DNA of 43,893 bases from NCBI GenBank assembly GCA_037440005.1, contig JBBIUY010000025.1:1-43893 (forward strand), given 5' to 3'. Origin of the DNA: Armatimonadota bacterium (GTDB taxonomy: Bacteria; Sysuimicrobiota; Sysuimicrobiia; Sysuimicrobiales; Kaftiobacteriaceae). Positions 18,481 through 27,898 of this stretch are shown in pieces; position 1 is the first letter of the stretch; every line of letters starts with the position of its first letter. Both the position numbers and the translations under genes were made by a program. The notes under the pieces are model-generated. The model ran no database searches. It worked only from the letters and a program-made list of their open reading frames with translations, and had not been told where the DNA came from.

Positions 18481-19668
18481 CTAGGCCGCCACCAGCAGCC
18501 CGGTCAGGTACATCAGGAGCAGCCCGGCGACGAATCCGGCCACCCGGTGGCCGGCGGCCGCGCGCTCCGCACCCATCAACCGGACGATCTCGTACACCAC
18601 CTGAAAGATGGCCCCGGCGCCCACCGCCAGGAACAGGGTGGCCAGGATGGGCGAGTAGCTGAGGCCGCCCACCCACGCCCCGGCGATGGTGGGCACCCCC
18701 GCCAGGGCGCCCAGGCCCGCCAGGGTCCAGACGGACAGGGGATCGCGCGACACCGGCGCCACGATGGCCAGCCCCTCGGTGGTGTTGTGGACGGTGAAGC
18801 CCACAATCAGGAACGTCCCCAGGGCGACCTTGCCGGCGCTGTAGGCCGCGCCGATGGCCAGCCCTTCCCCCAGGTTGTGCAGGCCGATCCCCAGGGCGAC
18901 GAAAGTAGCCAGGGCCAGCCGTCGGGACGCCCCCTCCCCCCCGGCCCGCCGGCTCACCGCCGCCAGGAGCAGGAAAGTGCCCGCCGCCCCCACCAGGACC
19001 AGCCCGGTCCCCTGGTAGGCGGCGGGCACGGCCGCCGCCAGGTCCAGGGCTTCGCGGACGGCGTCCGCGCCCAAAAACAGCAGCAGCCCGGCGGTCAGGC
19101 TCAGAAAGAACGCCAGCCAGCGGTCCGCCAGCTCCCGCAGAAACGGCAGCCACAGCAGCCCCAGGGCCACCGGGATCACGCCCACGTAGGCCCCCAGCAG
19201 GGTGAAGGTGGTCAGGTAGCGGGCGTCGGCCGTGGGGGTGGCGGTGGCGACCTCGATGGTGTGCTCAAACGCCACGCCGGTGGAGGTCAGCACCCGCACG
19301 TGGTGGGTCTCGCCCTGCACCCACGGGTAGGCCAGGGTGATGACGGCGCGCCCCAGGCGCGGGACGGTGGCGCCGGGAGAGATGTCAAACTGCCAGTAGG
19401 CCTCGTCCACCAGGACCTGGCTGACGGTGACCGGCTGGGGGCCGCCGTTGACCAGGTGGACCACGATGGTCCCCGGCCGCAGGACCACCCGCTCGATGGT
19501 GAGTTCTTCCACCGGCGGCACGGCCGCCTGAAAGACTCCCCGCACCCCCACCCGCAGGAACGCCGCCACCAGGGCGGCCAGCAGGGCCAGGGGCAGGACG
19601 CCCCACGCCCACCGGCGCAGCGCCCCCCCGCCGGCGACCTGCCCCGCGGCGACGGACTCAGACCTCAC
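18481..19668 (-). CDS. ZIP family metal transporter with N-terminal extracytoplasmic domain
   Basis: HNLGEGLAIG and HNTTEGLAI metal-site helices; N-terminal TM then a beta-rich soluble segment. Confidence 0.88.
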   Translation of the reverse strand: MRSESVAAGQVAGGGALRRWAWGVLPLALLAALVAAFLRVGVRGVFQAAVPPVEELTIERVVLRPGTIVVHLVNGGPQPVTVSQVLVDEAYWQFDISPGATVPRLGRAVITLAYPWVQGETHHVRVLTSTGVAFEHTIEVATATPTADARYLTTFTLLGAYVGVIPVALGLLWLPFLRELADRWLAFFLSLTAGLLLFLGADAVREALDLAAAVPAAYQGTGLVLVGAAGTFLLLAAVSRRAGGEGASRRLALATFVALGIGLHNLGEGLAIGAAYSAGKVALGTFLIVGFTVHNTTEGLAIVAPVSRDPLSVWTLAGLGALAGVPTIAGAWVGGLSYSPILATLFLAVGAGAIFQVVYEIVRLMGAERAAAGHRVAGFVAGLLLMYLTGLLVAA

Positions 19669-20764
19669 CGTCGGTCGCCTCGAACATCCCCATCCACCCC
19701 AGCTCGGTGAACTCGCTCTGGTGGGCGTGGAACATGTACCGGCCCGGGTAAGGGAAGCGCACCTCCAGGATGGCCCGCTCGGCCTGGCAGAGCATGATGG
19801 TGTCGGTGTACTCGGTGGTGGTCAGCGACGTGCCGGTCCGGTACACGTGGAAGAAGTTGCCGTGGATGTGGATGGAGTTGATCGGGTCGAACTCGGTCAT
19901 GTTGACCAGGTAGATCCGGACCAGCTCCCCGCGGCGGACGCGGATGGGGTGGCGGGCGTAGTAGAAGGCCACCGTGTTGACGGCGTAGACCTCGTTCTCC
20001 CCGTCGAAGTTGGTGTCAAAGGCGTTCATCACCATGACCAGCTCCCGGGCGGGGGGCCGCCCCTGGCGGGGGTCCACGATGAAGACGCCGTACAGGCCCT
20101 TGTGGATGTGGCGCTTGAGCGGCAGGGCGTGGCAGTGGTACAGGTGCAGCCCGAAGGGGACGGCGTCGAACTCGTAGGTGAAGGTGCCCCCGGGCCGGAT
20201 CTCCCCCGGCCCCACCCCCGGCACCCCGTCCATCTCCGCCCGGTGGATGCCGTGAAAGTGCAGGGTGTGGGGGTGCGTGCCGGCGTTGATAAAGTGCACC
20301 CGCACCCGGTCCCCCTCGGTGGCCCGCAGGGTGGGACCGGGCACCGTCCCGTTGAACGTCCACGCGGGGAACAGCAGGCCCGGGGCGATCTCGATCTCCC
20401 GGTCGTAGGCGACGATCTTGAACTCCCGCAGGGTGCGCCCGTCGGGCAGGCGGCGCGCGACCCCCCGGTCCCAGGTGGTGAGGAACGCCAGGGGGTCAAA
20501 GCCCACCTTCCGCAGGTCCACCTCCCCCACCGTCAGGTTGGCGCCGTGGGCCGGGCTGGCGGCGTGGCCCGACCGGTGCGCTCCCCCCGGCGCCGTCCCC
20601 GCCGACGCCGACCGCAACACCGGGGCCACCGCGGCCACCGCCATCCCTCCCAGGGCTCCCAGGCCCGCCCGCAGCAGCTCCCGCCGCCCGGGGTCGGGCC
20701 CCTCCGGAGGGCGAGGGCGGTCCTTCCGGCGCCCCATCCTGTCCAGCACGGCCCGGAGTCTCAT
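19658..20764 (-). CDS. Two-domain multicopper oxidase with Tat signal peptide
   Basis: GRRELL Tat motif; HTLHFHG, YHCH...HIHKGL, IHIHG, FHAH. Start ATG 20764 preferred because GTG 20794 lies inside the operator. Confidence 0.9.
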   Translation of the reverse strand: MRLRAVLDRMGRRKDRPRPPEGPDPGRRELLRAGLGALGGMAVAAVAPVLRSASAGTAPGGAHRSGHAASPAHGANLTVGEVDLRKVGFDPLAFLTTWDRGVARRLPDGRTLREFKIVAYDREIEIAPGLLFPAWTFNGTVPGPTLRATEGDRVRVHFINAGTHPHTLHFHGIHRAEMDGVPGVGPGEIRPGGTFTYEFDAVPFGLHLYHCHALPLKRHIHKGLYGVFIVDPRQGRPPARELVMVMNAFDTNFDGENEVYAVNTVAFYYARHPIRVRRGELVRIYLVNMTEFDPINSIHIHGNFFHVYRTGTSLTTTEYTDTIMLCQAERAILEVRFPYPGRYMFHAHQSEFTELGWMGMFEATDGEV

Positions 20765-20786
20765 CCGGTGGCTCCCGCAGGGGTTT

Positions 20787-20815
20787 TTAGACACACCTAA
20801 ATTAGGTTACCCTAA
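20787..20815. promoter_or_regulatory. Tandem DtxR/SirR-type operator boxes
   Basis: TTAGACACACCTAA (20787-20800) and TTAGGTTACCCTAA (20802-20815); the second matches the Sir box TTAGGTTAACCTAA at 13 of 14 positions. Confidence 0.8.
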
Positions 20816-20843
20816 ATCATACCCCTAAACGGCGGCGTGTCAA
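20816..20843 (-). promoter_or_regulatory. Sigma-70 promoter TTGACA-N16-TATGAT for the oxidase-ZIP-repressor operon
   Basis: Consensus -35, good -10 directly abutting the operator boxes. Confidence 0.8.
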
Positions 20844-20867
20844 GGTCCGGCACCACGGGGAGCGGTC

Positions 20868-21779
20868 TCAGGCGGCGCAGCGCGAGCAGGACAGCCCGCA
20901 GGGCTCCACGTGGATGGTGATGTCGGTGCCCGGCAGCACCTGGCGGATGTGCTCTTCCAGGTGGTCGCACAGGGCGTGGGCCTGTCCCACGGACAGGTCC
21001 CGGTGCAGGACCAGGTGCAGGTCGATGAAGCGGTCGGTGCCCACCCGGCGGGCCCGCAGGGCGTGGTAGTCCACGATCTCCTCCCGGTGGGCGTCCAGCA
21101 CCCCACGGATGGCGTCCTCCTCGTCGGGGGGCAGGCTGCTGTCCATCAGCCCGCCCACCGACTGCCGGGCCACCTGCACGCCCATGCGCAGCACGTGCAG
21201 CCCCACCGCGCCGCCCACCACCGGGTCCAGCCACTGGCGTCCGGTGAGCCAGACCAGCCCCAGCCCCGCAAACACCGCCAGGGACGTGAGCACGTCGGCC
21301 TGCAGGTGGAGGGCGCCGGCCCGAAGCGCCATCGACCCCGCGGCGCGGGAGATGCGCAGCAGGAAGCGGGCCACCAGGTAGTTGGCCGCCGTGGCCACCG
21401 CCAGCACGCCGGCACCCACCCCCAGCCACTGGAGGGGCACCGGGTGGAGCAGGCGGCGGACGGCGGTCGCGACGATCCACGCCCCCGCCGCGGTGATCAG
21501 CACCCCTTCGGTGGCGCTGCTGATGTACTCCGCCTTCCCGTGGCCGTACTGGTGGCCGGCGTCGGGCGGCCGCGCGGCTACCACCAGGCTGACCAGGGCC
21601 ACGTTGGCCGCCACCACGTTCACCACCGACTCGGCCGCATCGGAGAGGACGGCCACGGACCCGGTGATCCAGTAGGCGGCGAACTTGAAGGCCAGGATGC
21701 CCACGCCGGCCGCCACCGCCACCATCGCGGCCCGCACCTGGGGGACCTGCAGCACCTCCCGGCCAGACGACCCCGCCAT
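20868..21779 (-). CDS. Cation diffusion facilitator (FieF-like)
   Basis: SDAAES, HQYGHGKAEY, HLQADV, C-terminal IHVEP followed by CGLSCSRC. Confidence 0.92.
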   Translation of the reverse strand: MAGSSGREVLQVPQVRAAMVAVAAGVGILAFKFAAYWITGSVAVLSDAAESVVNVVAANVALVSLVVAARPPDAGHQYGHGKAEYISSATEGVLITAAGAWIVATAVRRLLHPVPLQWLGVGAGVLAVATAANYLVARFLLRISRAAGSMALRAGALHLQADVLTSLAVFAGLGLVWLTGRQWLDPVVGGAVGLHVLRMGVQVARQSVGGLMDSSLPPDEEDAIRGVLDAHREEIVDYHALRARRVGTDRFIDLHLVLHRDLSVGQAHALCDHLEEHIRQVLPGTDITIHVEPCGLSCSRCAA

Positions 21780-21860
21780 CGGGTCGAGTCTACCACAGGA
21801 GCTGCCGGGCGCCAGGAACGCGGCGGGCCGGCTGCGAACTCATCGGGTGGCGGGCTGCCC

Positions 21861-24206
21861 GTGCGACGCCTGATCGGTGCCCTTCTGATCCTCCTGCTGG
21901 TCGCCCTGGCGGCGGCCGCCGCCGGCGGCGTGTACACGGTCCGCCGGGCCTTCCCCCAGACGAGCGGCACCGTGATGGTCCCCGGCCTGCGGGCGCCGGT
22001 GGAGGTGGTGCGGGACCGCTGGGGCGTCCCCCACATCGCCGCCCAGAATGCCCCCGACCTGTTCTTCGCCCAGGGCTACGTACACGCCCAGGACCGCCTG
22101 TGGCAGATGGAGCTGCACCGCCGCACCGCCTCGGGGCGCCTGTCGGAACTGTTCGGAGAGGTCACCCTGGACACCGACCGGTTCCTGCGGACGGTGGGGC
22201 TGCGGCGGGCGGCCCAGGAGGAGCTGGCCATCCAGGACCCCGAGACGACCGCCGCTCTGGAGGCCTACGCCCGCGGGGTCAACGCCTTCCTGGACAGCCA
22301 CCGGGGCCGGCTGCCGGTGGAGTTCGTCCTGCTGCGGACCGCTCCCGAACCGTGGACTCCGGTGGACAGCCTGGCCTTCGCCAAGCTGATGGCCTGGGTG
22401 CTGGGAGGCAACTGGAAGGCCGAACTGCTGCGCGCCCACCTGATCGCCCGCTTCGGCGAGGAGGGAGCCCGGACGCTGATGCCGCCCTATCGGGCCGACA
22501 TGCCCCTCATCGTCCCGTCCGAGGCCGTCGGGGCCTACCGGGCGCTGGACCCTGCCGCCGTGGCGCGGCTGCTGGACGCGGCGGCGGTGGTGCCGGCGGT
22601 GGGCAGCAACAACTGGGTCGTCTCGCCCTCCCGCACCGCCACGGGGGCGCCGCTGCTGGCCAACGACCCGCACCTGGAGATCGCCATGCCCTCGGTGTGG
22701 TACGAGATGCACCTGCAGGGCGGCGGGTTCAACGTCATCGGCGCCACCTTCCCGGGCGTCCCGGGCGTGGTCATCGGCCACAACGAGGAGATCGCCTGGG
22801 GGGTGACCAACGCCGGGCCGGATGTGCAGGACCTGTACCTGGAGCGGCTGGACCCCGCCGACCCGACCCGCTACCTGTACCGGGGAACGTGGGAACCGGT
22901 GCGGGTGGTGCGGGAGGAGATCCGGGTCCGGGGGCGAGCCCGCCCCGACGTCCTGCAGGTGCGGCTGACCCGCCACGGCCCCCTGCTCAACTCGGTGGTG
23001 GAGGGGCTGGGCGCGTTCGTGGCCCTGCGGTGGATGGCCCTCCAGCCCGGGCGCATCGCCGGATCGGTGCTGCGGCTGAACCGCGCCCGCACCTGGGAGG
23101 AGTTCCGGCAGGCGCTGCGGTGGTGGTCGGAACCGGCCCAGAACTTCGTCTACGCCGACCGCAGGGGCACCATCGGCTACCAGCTGCCCGGCCGCATCCC
23201 GGTGCGCTCCCGGGGGCAGGGGCTGGTCCCGGTGCCCGGGTGGACCGGGGAGTACGAGTGGACGGGAGAGATCCCCTTCGACCGCCTGCCGTCGGTGCGC
23301 AACCCGGCCCGCGGGTACATCGTCACCGCCAACAACCGCATCGTCCCCGACAGCTACCCCTACTTCCTGGCCGCCGAGTGGGATCCGGGCTTCCGGGCCC
23401 GGCGGATCGAGACCCTGCTGGCCGCCGCCGGGCGGGCCACCGCCGACCAGATGGCGGCCATCCAGCAGGACGTGCTGTCGCTGCCGGGCCTGCAGACGGT
23501 GCGGGCGCTGGCGGACGTGCAGGTCTCCGACGAGCGGGCGCGGGCGCTGCTGGCCGAGTTGCGGCAGTGGGACGGGGTCTTACGCCCCGACAGCCGGGCG
23601 GCGGCCGTCTACCAGGCCTTCCGGGTCTCCCTGCTGCCGGTGGTGTTTGAGGACCTGCTGGGGCGGGACCTGTACCGCCGCTACCTGGACCACCCCGACG
23701 CCTGGCAGGTGGCGCTGCTGGCCCTGCTGGCCCAGCCCCGCTCGCCCTGGTGGGGACCCGCCGGCCGCGACGCGGTGGTGGAGGAGGCCCTGCGGCGGGC
23801 CCACGACCTGCTGGTCGCCCGCCTGGGGCCGGACGCCACCCGGTGGACCTGGGGCCGGCTGCACCGGACCGTCTTCGTCCACCCCCTGGGACGGGTGCGG
23901 GCGCTGGCCTGGATCTTCAACGCCGCCGCCCCTCCCGTGGGAGGCGACGCCTTCACCGTCAACAACGCCGGCTTCGACCTGTCCACCTTCGACCAGGTGG
24001 TGGTGGCGTCGTACCGGCAGATCCTGGACCTGGCCGACTGGGACCGCTCGGTGGCGATCCACACCACCGGCCAGAGCGGGCTGCCGTTCCACCGCCACTA
24101 CAGGGACTTCGTGCCTCTGTGGGCGACCGGCCGGTACCACCCGCTGGCGTTTTCCCCGGCGCGGATCCGGCAGGAGGAGGCCGCCCGGCTGCGCCTGGTC
24201 CCCTGA
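21861..24206 (+). CDS. Penicillin acylase family Ntn-hydrolase, N-terminally anchored or exported
   Basis: Hydrophobic N-terminus; RDRWGVPHI, AQGYVHAQDRLWQM, GSNNW nucleophile site, LANDPHL, TANN, GQSG. Confidence 0.93.
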   Translation: MRRLIGALLILLLVALAAAAAGGVYTVRRAFPQTSGTVMVPGLRAPVEVVRDRWGVPHIAAQNAPDLFFAQGYVHAQDRLWQMELHRRTASGRLSELFGEVTLDTDRFLRTVGLRRAAQEELAIQDPETTAALEAYARGVNAFLDSHRGRLPVEFVLLRTAPEPWTPVDSLAFAKLMAWVLGGNWKAELLRAHLIARFGEEGARTLMPPYRADMPLIVPSEAVGAYRALDPAAVARLLDAAAVVPAVGSNNWVVSPSRTATGAPLLANDPHLEIAMPSVWYEMHLQGGGFNVIGATFPGVPGVVIGHNEEIAWGVTNAGPDVQDLYLERLDPADPTRYLYRGTWEPVRVVREEIRVRGRARPDVLQVRLTRHGPLLNSVVEGLGAFVALRWMALQPGRIAGSVLRLNRARTWEEFRQALRWWSEPAQNFVYADRRGTIGYQLPGRIPVRSRGQGLVPVPGWTGEYEWTGEIPFDRLPSVRNPARGYIVTANNRIVPDSYPYFLAAEWDPGFRARRIETLLAAAGRATADQMAAIQQDVLSLPGLQTVRALADVQVSDERARALLAELRQWDGVLRPDSRAAAVYQAFRVSLLPVVFEDLLGRDLYRRYLDHPDAWQVALLALLAQPRSPWWGPAGRDAVVEEALRRAHDLLVARLGPDATRWTWGRLHRTVFVHPLGRVRALAWIFNAAAPPVGGDAFTVNNAGFDLSTFDQVVVASYRQILDLADWDRSVAIHTTGQSGLPFHRHYRDFVPLWATGRYHPLAFSPARIRQEEAARLRLVP

Positions 24207-24218
24207 AGGGCCCCGTCC

Positions 24219-24247
24219 TTGCCGGTGCCGGCAGGAGGGAGTACAGT
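24219..24247 (+). promoter_or_regulatory. Probable sigma-70 promoter TTGCCG-N17-TACAGT for the beta-oxidation operon
   Basis: Plausible hexamers with a 17 nt spacer, 30 nt before ATG 24278. Confidence 0.55.
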
Positions 24248-24277
24248 GAAGGTACCGTTGTCCTCCGGAGAGCCGCC

Positions 24278-26668
24278 ATGACCCCACCACTGCGACGCGC
24301 CGTCGTCTTGGGCGCCGGCGTCATGGGCAGCGCCATCGCCGCCCACCTGGCCAACGCCGGCGTCCGGGTCCTGCTGCTGGACATCGTCCCGTCCGAGCTC
24401 ACCGACGACGAGCGCCGGCAGGGGCTGACCCTGCAGGACCCGCGGGTCCGCAACCGCCTGGCCGCCGCCGGGCTGCAGCGCGCCCTGCAGGCCCAGCCGC
24501 CGGCGTTCTTCATCCCCGCCCGCGCCCGGCTGGTGGAGGTGGGCAACCTGGAGGACCACCTGTCCCGCATCGCCGACGCCGACTGGGTCATCGAGGCGGT
24601 GGTGGAGGACCTGCAGGTCAAGCAGCAGCTGCTGGAGCGGGTGGAGTCCCACTGGAAGCCCGGGACGGTGGTGAGCACCAACACCAGCGGGCTGCCGGTG
24701 CACCAGATCGCCGCGGGCCGCTCGCCGGCGTTGTGCCGCCACTTCCTGGGCACCCACTTCTTCAACCCGCCCCGCTACCTCAAACTGCTGGAGGTCATCC
24801 CCCTGCCACAGACCGACCCCGAGGTGGTGGCCCGGGTCACCGCGTGGGGCGAACGGATCCTGGGCAAGGGCGTCGTCTACGCCCACGACCGCCCCAACTT
24901 CATCGCCAACCGGATCGGCACCTACGGCTTCTTGCTGACGGTGCGGCTGATGCAGGAGCTGGGGTTGACCGTGGAGGAGGTGGACGAGCTGACCGGGCCC
25001 GTGCTGGGGCGCCCGCGCAGCGCCACCTTCCGCACCACCGACCTGGTGGGAGTGGACACGGCGGTGGCGGTGGCCCACAACGCCTACCGCAACCTCCCCG
25101 ACGACGACGAGCGGGACGTCTTTCAGGTCCCCGACCTGTTGGAGGAGATGGTGCGCCGGCGCTGGCTGGGGGAGAAGACGGGCGGCGGCTTCTACCGGCG
25201 GGTGGACGGGGAGATCCAGGCCCTGGACTGGACCACCCTGGAGTACCGGCCACGCCGGCGCGGGACCCTGCCGGCGGTGGAGACCGCCCGGCTCTTCGAC
25301 GACCCCGCCCGCCGCCTGCGCGCCCTGCTGGCCGACCAGGGCACGGCCGGCCAGTTCCTGTGGCGGCTGGTCAGCGGCGTGCTCGTCTACGCGGCCAAGC
25401 GGGTGCCCGAGGTGGCCCCCGACGTGGTCAACGTGGACCGGGCGATGCGCTGGGGCTTTGGCTGGGAGCACGGGCCGTTTGAGACCTGGGACCTGCTGGG
25501 GGTGGAGGAGACGGTCCGCCGCCTGGAGTCGGAGGGGCGGTCTGTGCCGCCCCTGGTCCGGGCCGTGCTGGAGGCCGACGGCCGCTTCTACCGCCGCCGG
25601 GACGGCCGCGACGAGTACTTCGACCCCTCCGCCGGCGCCTACCGGCCGGTCCGCGAGCCGCCGGGGGTGATCGTGCTCACCCGGGTGCGGGAGCAGGGCC
25701 GGGTGGTGGACAGCACCCCCGGCGCCAGCCTGCTGGACCTGGGCGACGGCATCGCGTGCCTGGAGTTCCACTCCAAGCTCAACACCATCGGCGAGGACAC
25801 CCTGCGGATGCTGTTCCGCGCCCTGGAGGAGGTGGACCACCGCTTTGAGGGTCTGGTGATCGGCAACCAGGGCCGCGACTTCTCCGCCGGCGCCAACCTC
25901 ATGCTGCTGCTGCTGGAGGCCCAGGAGGGCAACTGGGACGACCTGGAGCTGGCGGTGCGCCAGTTCCAGCGGGCCACCCGGGCGCTGCGCTACAGCCCCC
26001 GCCCGGTGGTGGCAGCGCCCTTCGGCCGCACCCTGGCGGGCGGCTGCGAGGTGTGCCTGCCCTGCGCCCGGGTGCAGGCCGCCGCCGAGACCTACATGGG
26101 GCTGGTGGAGACGGGCGTGGGCCTGATCCCCGCCGGAGGGGGGACCACCGAGATGGTGCGCCGGACGATGGCCCGGCTGCCGGAGGGACTGCGGGCCGAC
26201 CCGCTGCCCCTGCTGCGGTGGGTGTTTGAGACCGTGGCCCGGGCCCGGGTGTCCTCCTCCGCCGAGGAGGCGCGCCAGCTGGGATTTCTGCGGGAGTGCG
26301 ACGGCATCACCATGAACGCCGACCACCTGATCCGGGACGCCAAGGAAGCCTGCCTGGCCCTGGCCCGGACCGGCTACCGGCCGCCAGTTCCCCAGCCGAT
26401 CCGCGTGGCGGGCGAGGCCGGGCTGGCCGCCTTGGAGACCGTCCTGTACCTGCTGCGCACCGGAGGCCACATCACCGAGTACGACGAGGTGGTCGGCCGG
26501 CGGCTGGCCTACGTGATGTGCGGCGGACGCGTGCCCGCGGGGACCGAGGTGAGCGAGGAGTACCTGCTGGATCTGGAGCGGGAGGCGTTTTTGAGCCTGC
26601 TGGGCCAGCCCAAGACCCAGGAGCGGATCCGGCACATGCTGGAGACGGGCCGGCCCCTGAGGAACTGA
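24278..26668 (+). CDS. fadN: 3-hydroxyacyl-CoA dehydrogenase / enoyl-CoA hydratase (FadN-type)
   Basis: [31 protein letters not shown]-terminal crotonase domain [18 protein letters not shown]. Confidence 0.92.
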   Translation: MTPPLRRAVVLGAGVMGSAIAAHLANAGVRVLLLDIVPSELTDDERRQGLTLQDPRVRNRLAAAGLQRALQAQPPAFFIPARARLVEVGNLEDHLSRIADADWVIEAVVEDLQVKQQLLERVESHWKPGTVVSTNTSGLPVHQIAAGRSPALCRHFLGTHFFNPPRYLKLLEVIPLPQTDPEVVARVTAWGERILGKGVVYAHDRPNFIANRIGTYGFLLTVRLMQELGLTVEEVDELTGPVLGRPRSATFRTTDLVGVDTAVAVAHNAYRNLPDDDERDVFQVPDLLEEMVRRRWLGEKTGGGFYRRVDGEIQALDWTTLEYRPRRRGTLPAVETARLFDDPARRLRALLADQGTAGQFLWRLVSGVLVYAAKRVPEVAPDVVNVDRAMRWGFGWEHGPFETWDLLGVEETVRRLESEGRSVPPLVRAVLEADGRFYRRRDGRDEYFDPSAGAYRPVREPPGVIVLTRVREQGRVVDSTPGASLLDLGDGIACLEFHSKLNTIGEDTLRMLFRALEEVDHRFEGLVIGNQGRDFSAGANLMLLLLEAQEGNWDDLELAVRQFQRATRALRYSPRPVVAAPFGRTLAGGCEVCLPCARVQAAAETYMGLVETGVGLIPAGGGTTEMVRRTMARLPEGLRADPLPLLRWVFETVARARVSSSAEEARQLGFLRECDGITMNADHLIRDAKEACLALARTGYRPPVPQPIRVAGEAGLAALETVLYLLRTGGHITEYDEVVGRRLAYVMCGGRVPAGTEVSEEYLLDLEREAFLSLLGQPKTQERIRHMLETGRPLRN

Positions 26669-26682
26669 GGGAGGCGTGGGTC

Positions 26683-27864
26683 ATGAGGGAGGCCGTGATC
26701 GCGAGCGCGGTGCGGACCGCGGTGGGCAAGGCGCCGCGGGGCACCCTGAAGGACACCCGCCCGGACGAGATGGCCGCCGTCGCCATCCGGGAGGCGGTGC
26801 GGCGGGTCCCCGGGCTGGACCCGGCCGAGGTGGAGGACGTGATCCTGGGGTGCGCCGTCCCAGAGGCGGAGCAGGGGATGAACGTGGCCCGGATCGCGGC
26901 TCTGCGGGCCGGGCTGCCCGTGTCGGTGTCGGCCCAGACCATCAACCGGTTCTGCGCGTCTGGCCTGCAGGCCATCGCCACCGCCGCCGAGCGCATCATG
27001 GCGGGCTTTGCCGAGGTGATCGTCGCCGGCGGCACCGAGAGCATGAGCCTGATGCCCGCCCAGTCCGGCCACACCTTCCGGCCCAACCCCCACCTGGTGG
27101 AGCACTGGCCGGAGGTGTACCTGTCCATGGGCCTCACCGCCGAGGTGGTGGCCAGGAAGTACGGCATCGCCCGGGAGGACCAGGACGCCTACGCCTACCG
27201 CAGCCACCGGCGGGCGGCCGACGCCATTCGCAGCGGGCGCTTCGCCGAGGAGATCGTCCCCCTCACCGTCACCCGCTGGGAGACCGACGGCGACGGGCGC
27301 CCCCGGTCCCGGCAGGTGGAGTTCGCGGTGGACGAGGGAGTCCGCTACGACACCTCCCTGGAAGCCCTGAGCCGGCTGCCGCCCGTCTTCGCCGCCGACG
27401 GGGTCGTGACCGCGGGCAACTCCTCCCAGACCAGCGACGGGGCCGCGGCGGTGGTGGTCATGTCGGCGGATCGGGCCCGCCGGCTGGGGGTGGAGCCCCT
27501 GGGCATCTTCCGGGCGTTCGCCACCGCGGGGGTGGCGCCGGAGATCATGGGGATCGCGCCGGTGGAGGCGGTGCCCCGGGCGCTGCGGCTGGCGGGGCTG
27601 CGCCTGCAGGACATCGACCTGATCGAGCTCAACGAGGCGTTCGCCGCCCAGACCCTGGCCGTCATCCGCCTGCTGGAACTGAACGAGGAGATCACCAACG
27701 TCAACGGCGGGGCCATCGCCCTGGGCCACCCCCTGGGGTGCACCGGCGCCAAGCTCACCGCCACCTTGCTGTACGAGATGCGCCGCCGCGGCGCCCGCTA
27801 CGGGCTGGTGACCATGTGCGTGGGCGGTGGCCAGGGCGCCGCCGGCATCTTCGAACGGCCGTAG
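26683..27864 (+). CDS. fadA: Acetyl-CoA C-acyltransferase (thiolase)
   Basis: [28 protein letters not shown]. Confidence 0.95.
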   Translation: MREAVIASAVRTAVGKAPRGTLKDTRPDEMAAVAIREAVRRVPGLDPAEVEDVILGCAVPEAEQGMNVARIAALRAGLPVSVSAQTINRFCASGLQAIATAAERIMAGFAEVIVAGGTESMSLMPAQSGHTFRPNPHLVEHWPEVYLSMGLTAEVVARKYGIAREDQDAYAYRSHRRAADAIRSGRFAEEIVPLTVTRWETDGDGRPRSRQVEFAVDEGVRYDTSLEALSRLPPVFAADGVVTAGNSSQTSDGAAAVVVMSADRARRLGVEPLGIFRAFATAGVAPEIMGIAPVEAVPRALRLAGLRLQDIDLIELNEAFAAQTLAVIRLLELNEEITNVNGGAIALGHPLGCTGAKLTATLLYEMRRRGARYGLVTMCVGGGQGAAGIFERP

Positions 27865-27898
27865 CCGGCACGGCGCCCAGCCGGCCCGGAGGGACGCC

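Noticed and set aside
19658..20764. Copper nitrite reductase NirK
   Set aside because: HxH motifs in both domains fit a trinuclear oxidase site, the axial residue is Leu, and the context is metal homeostasis.
20910..24206. 1098 aa acylase with a long N-terminal extension
   Set aside because: The extension is the antisense of the CDF gene; the protein plausibly starts at GTG 21861 with a signal or anchor helix.
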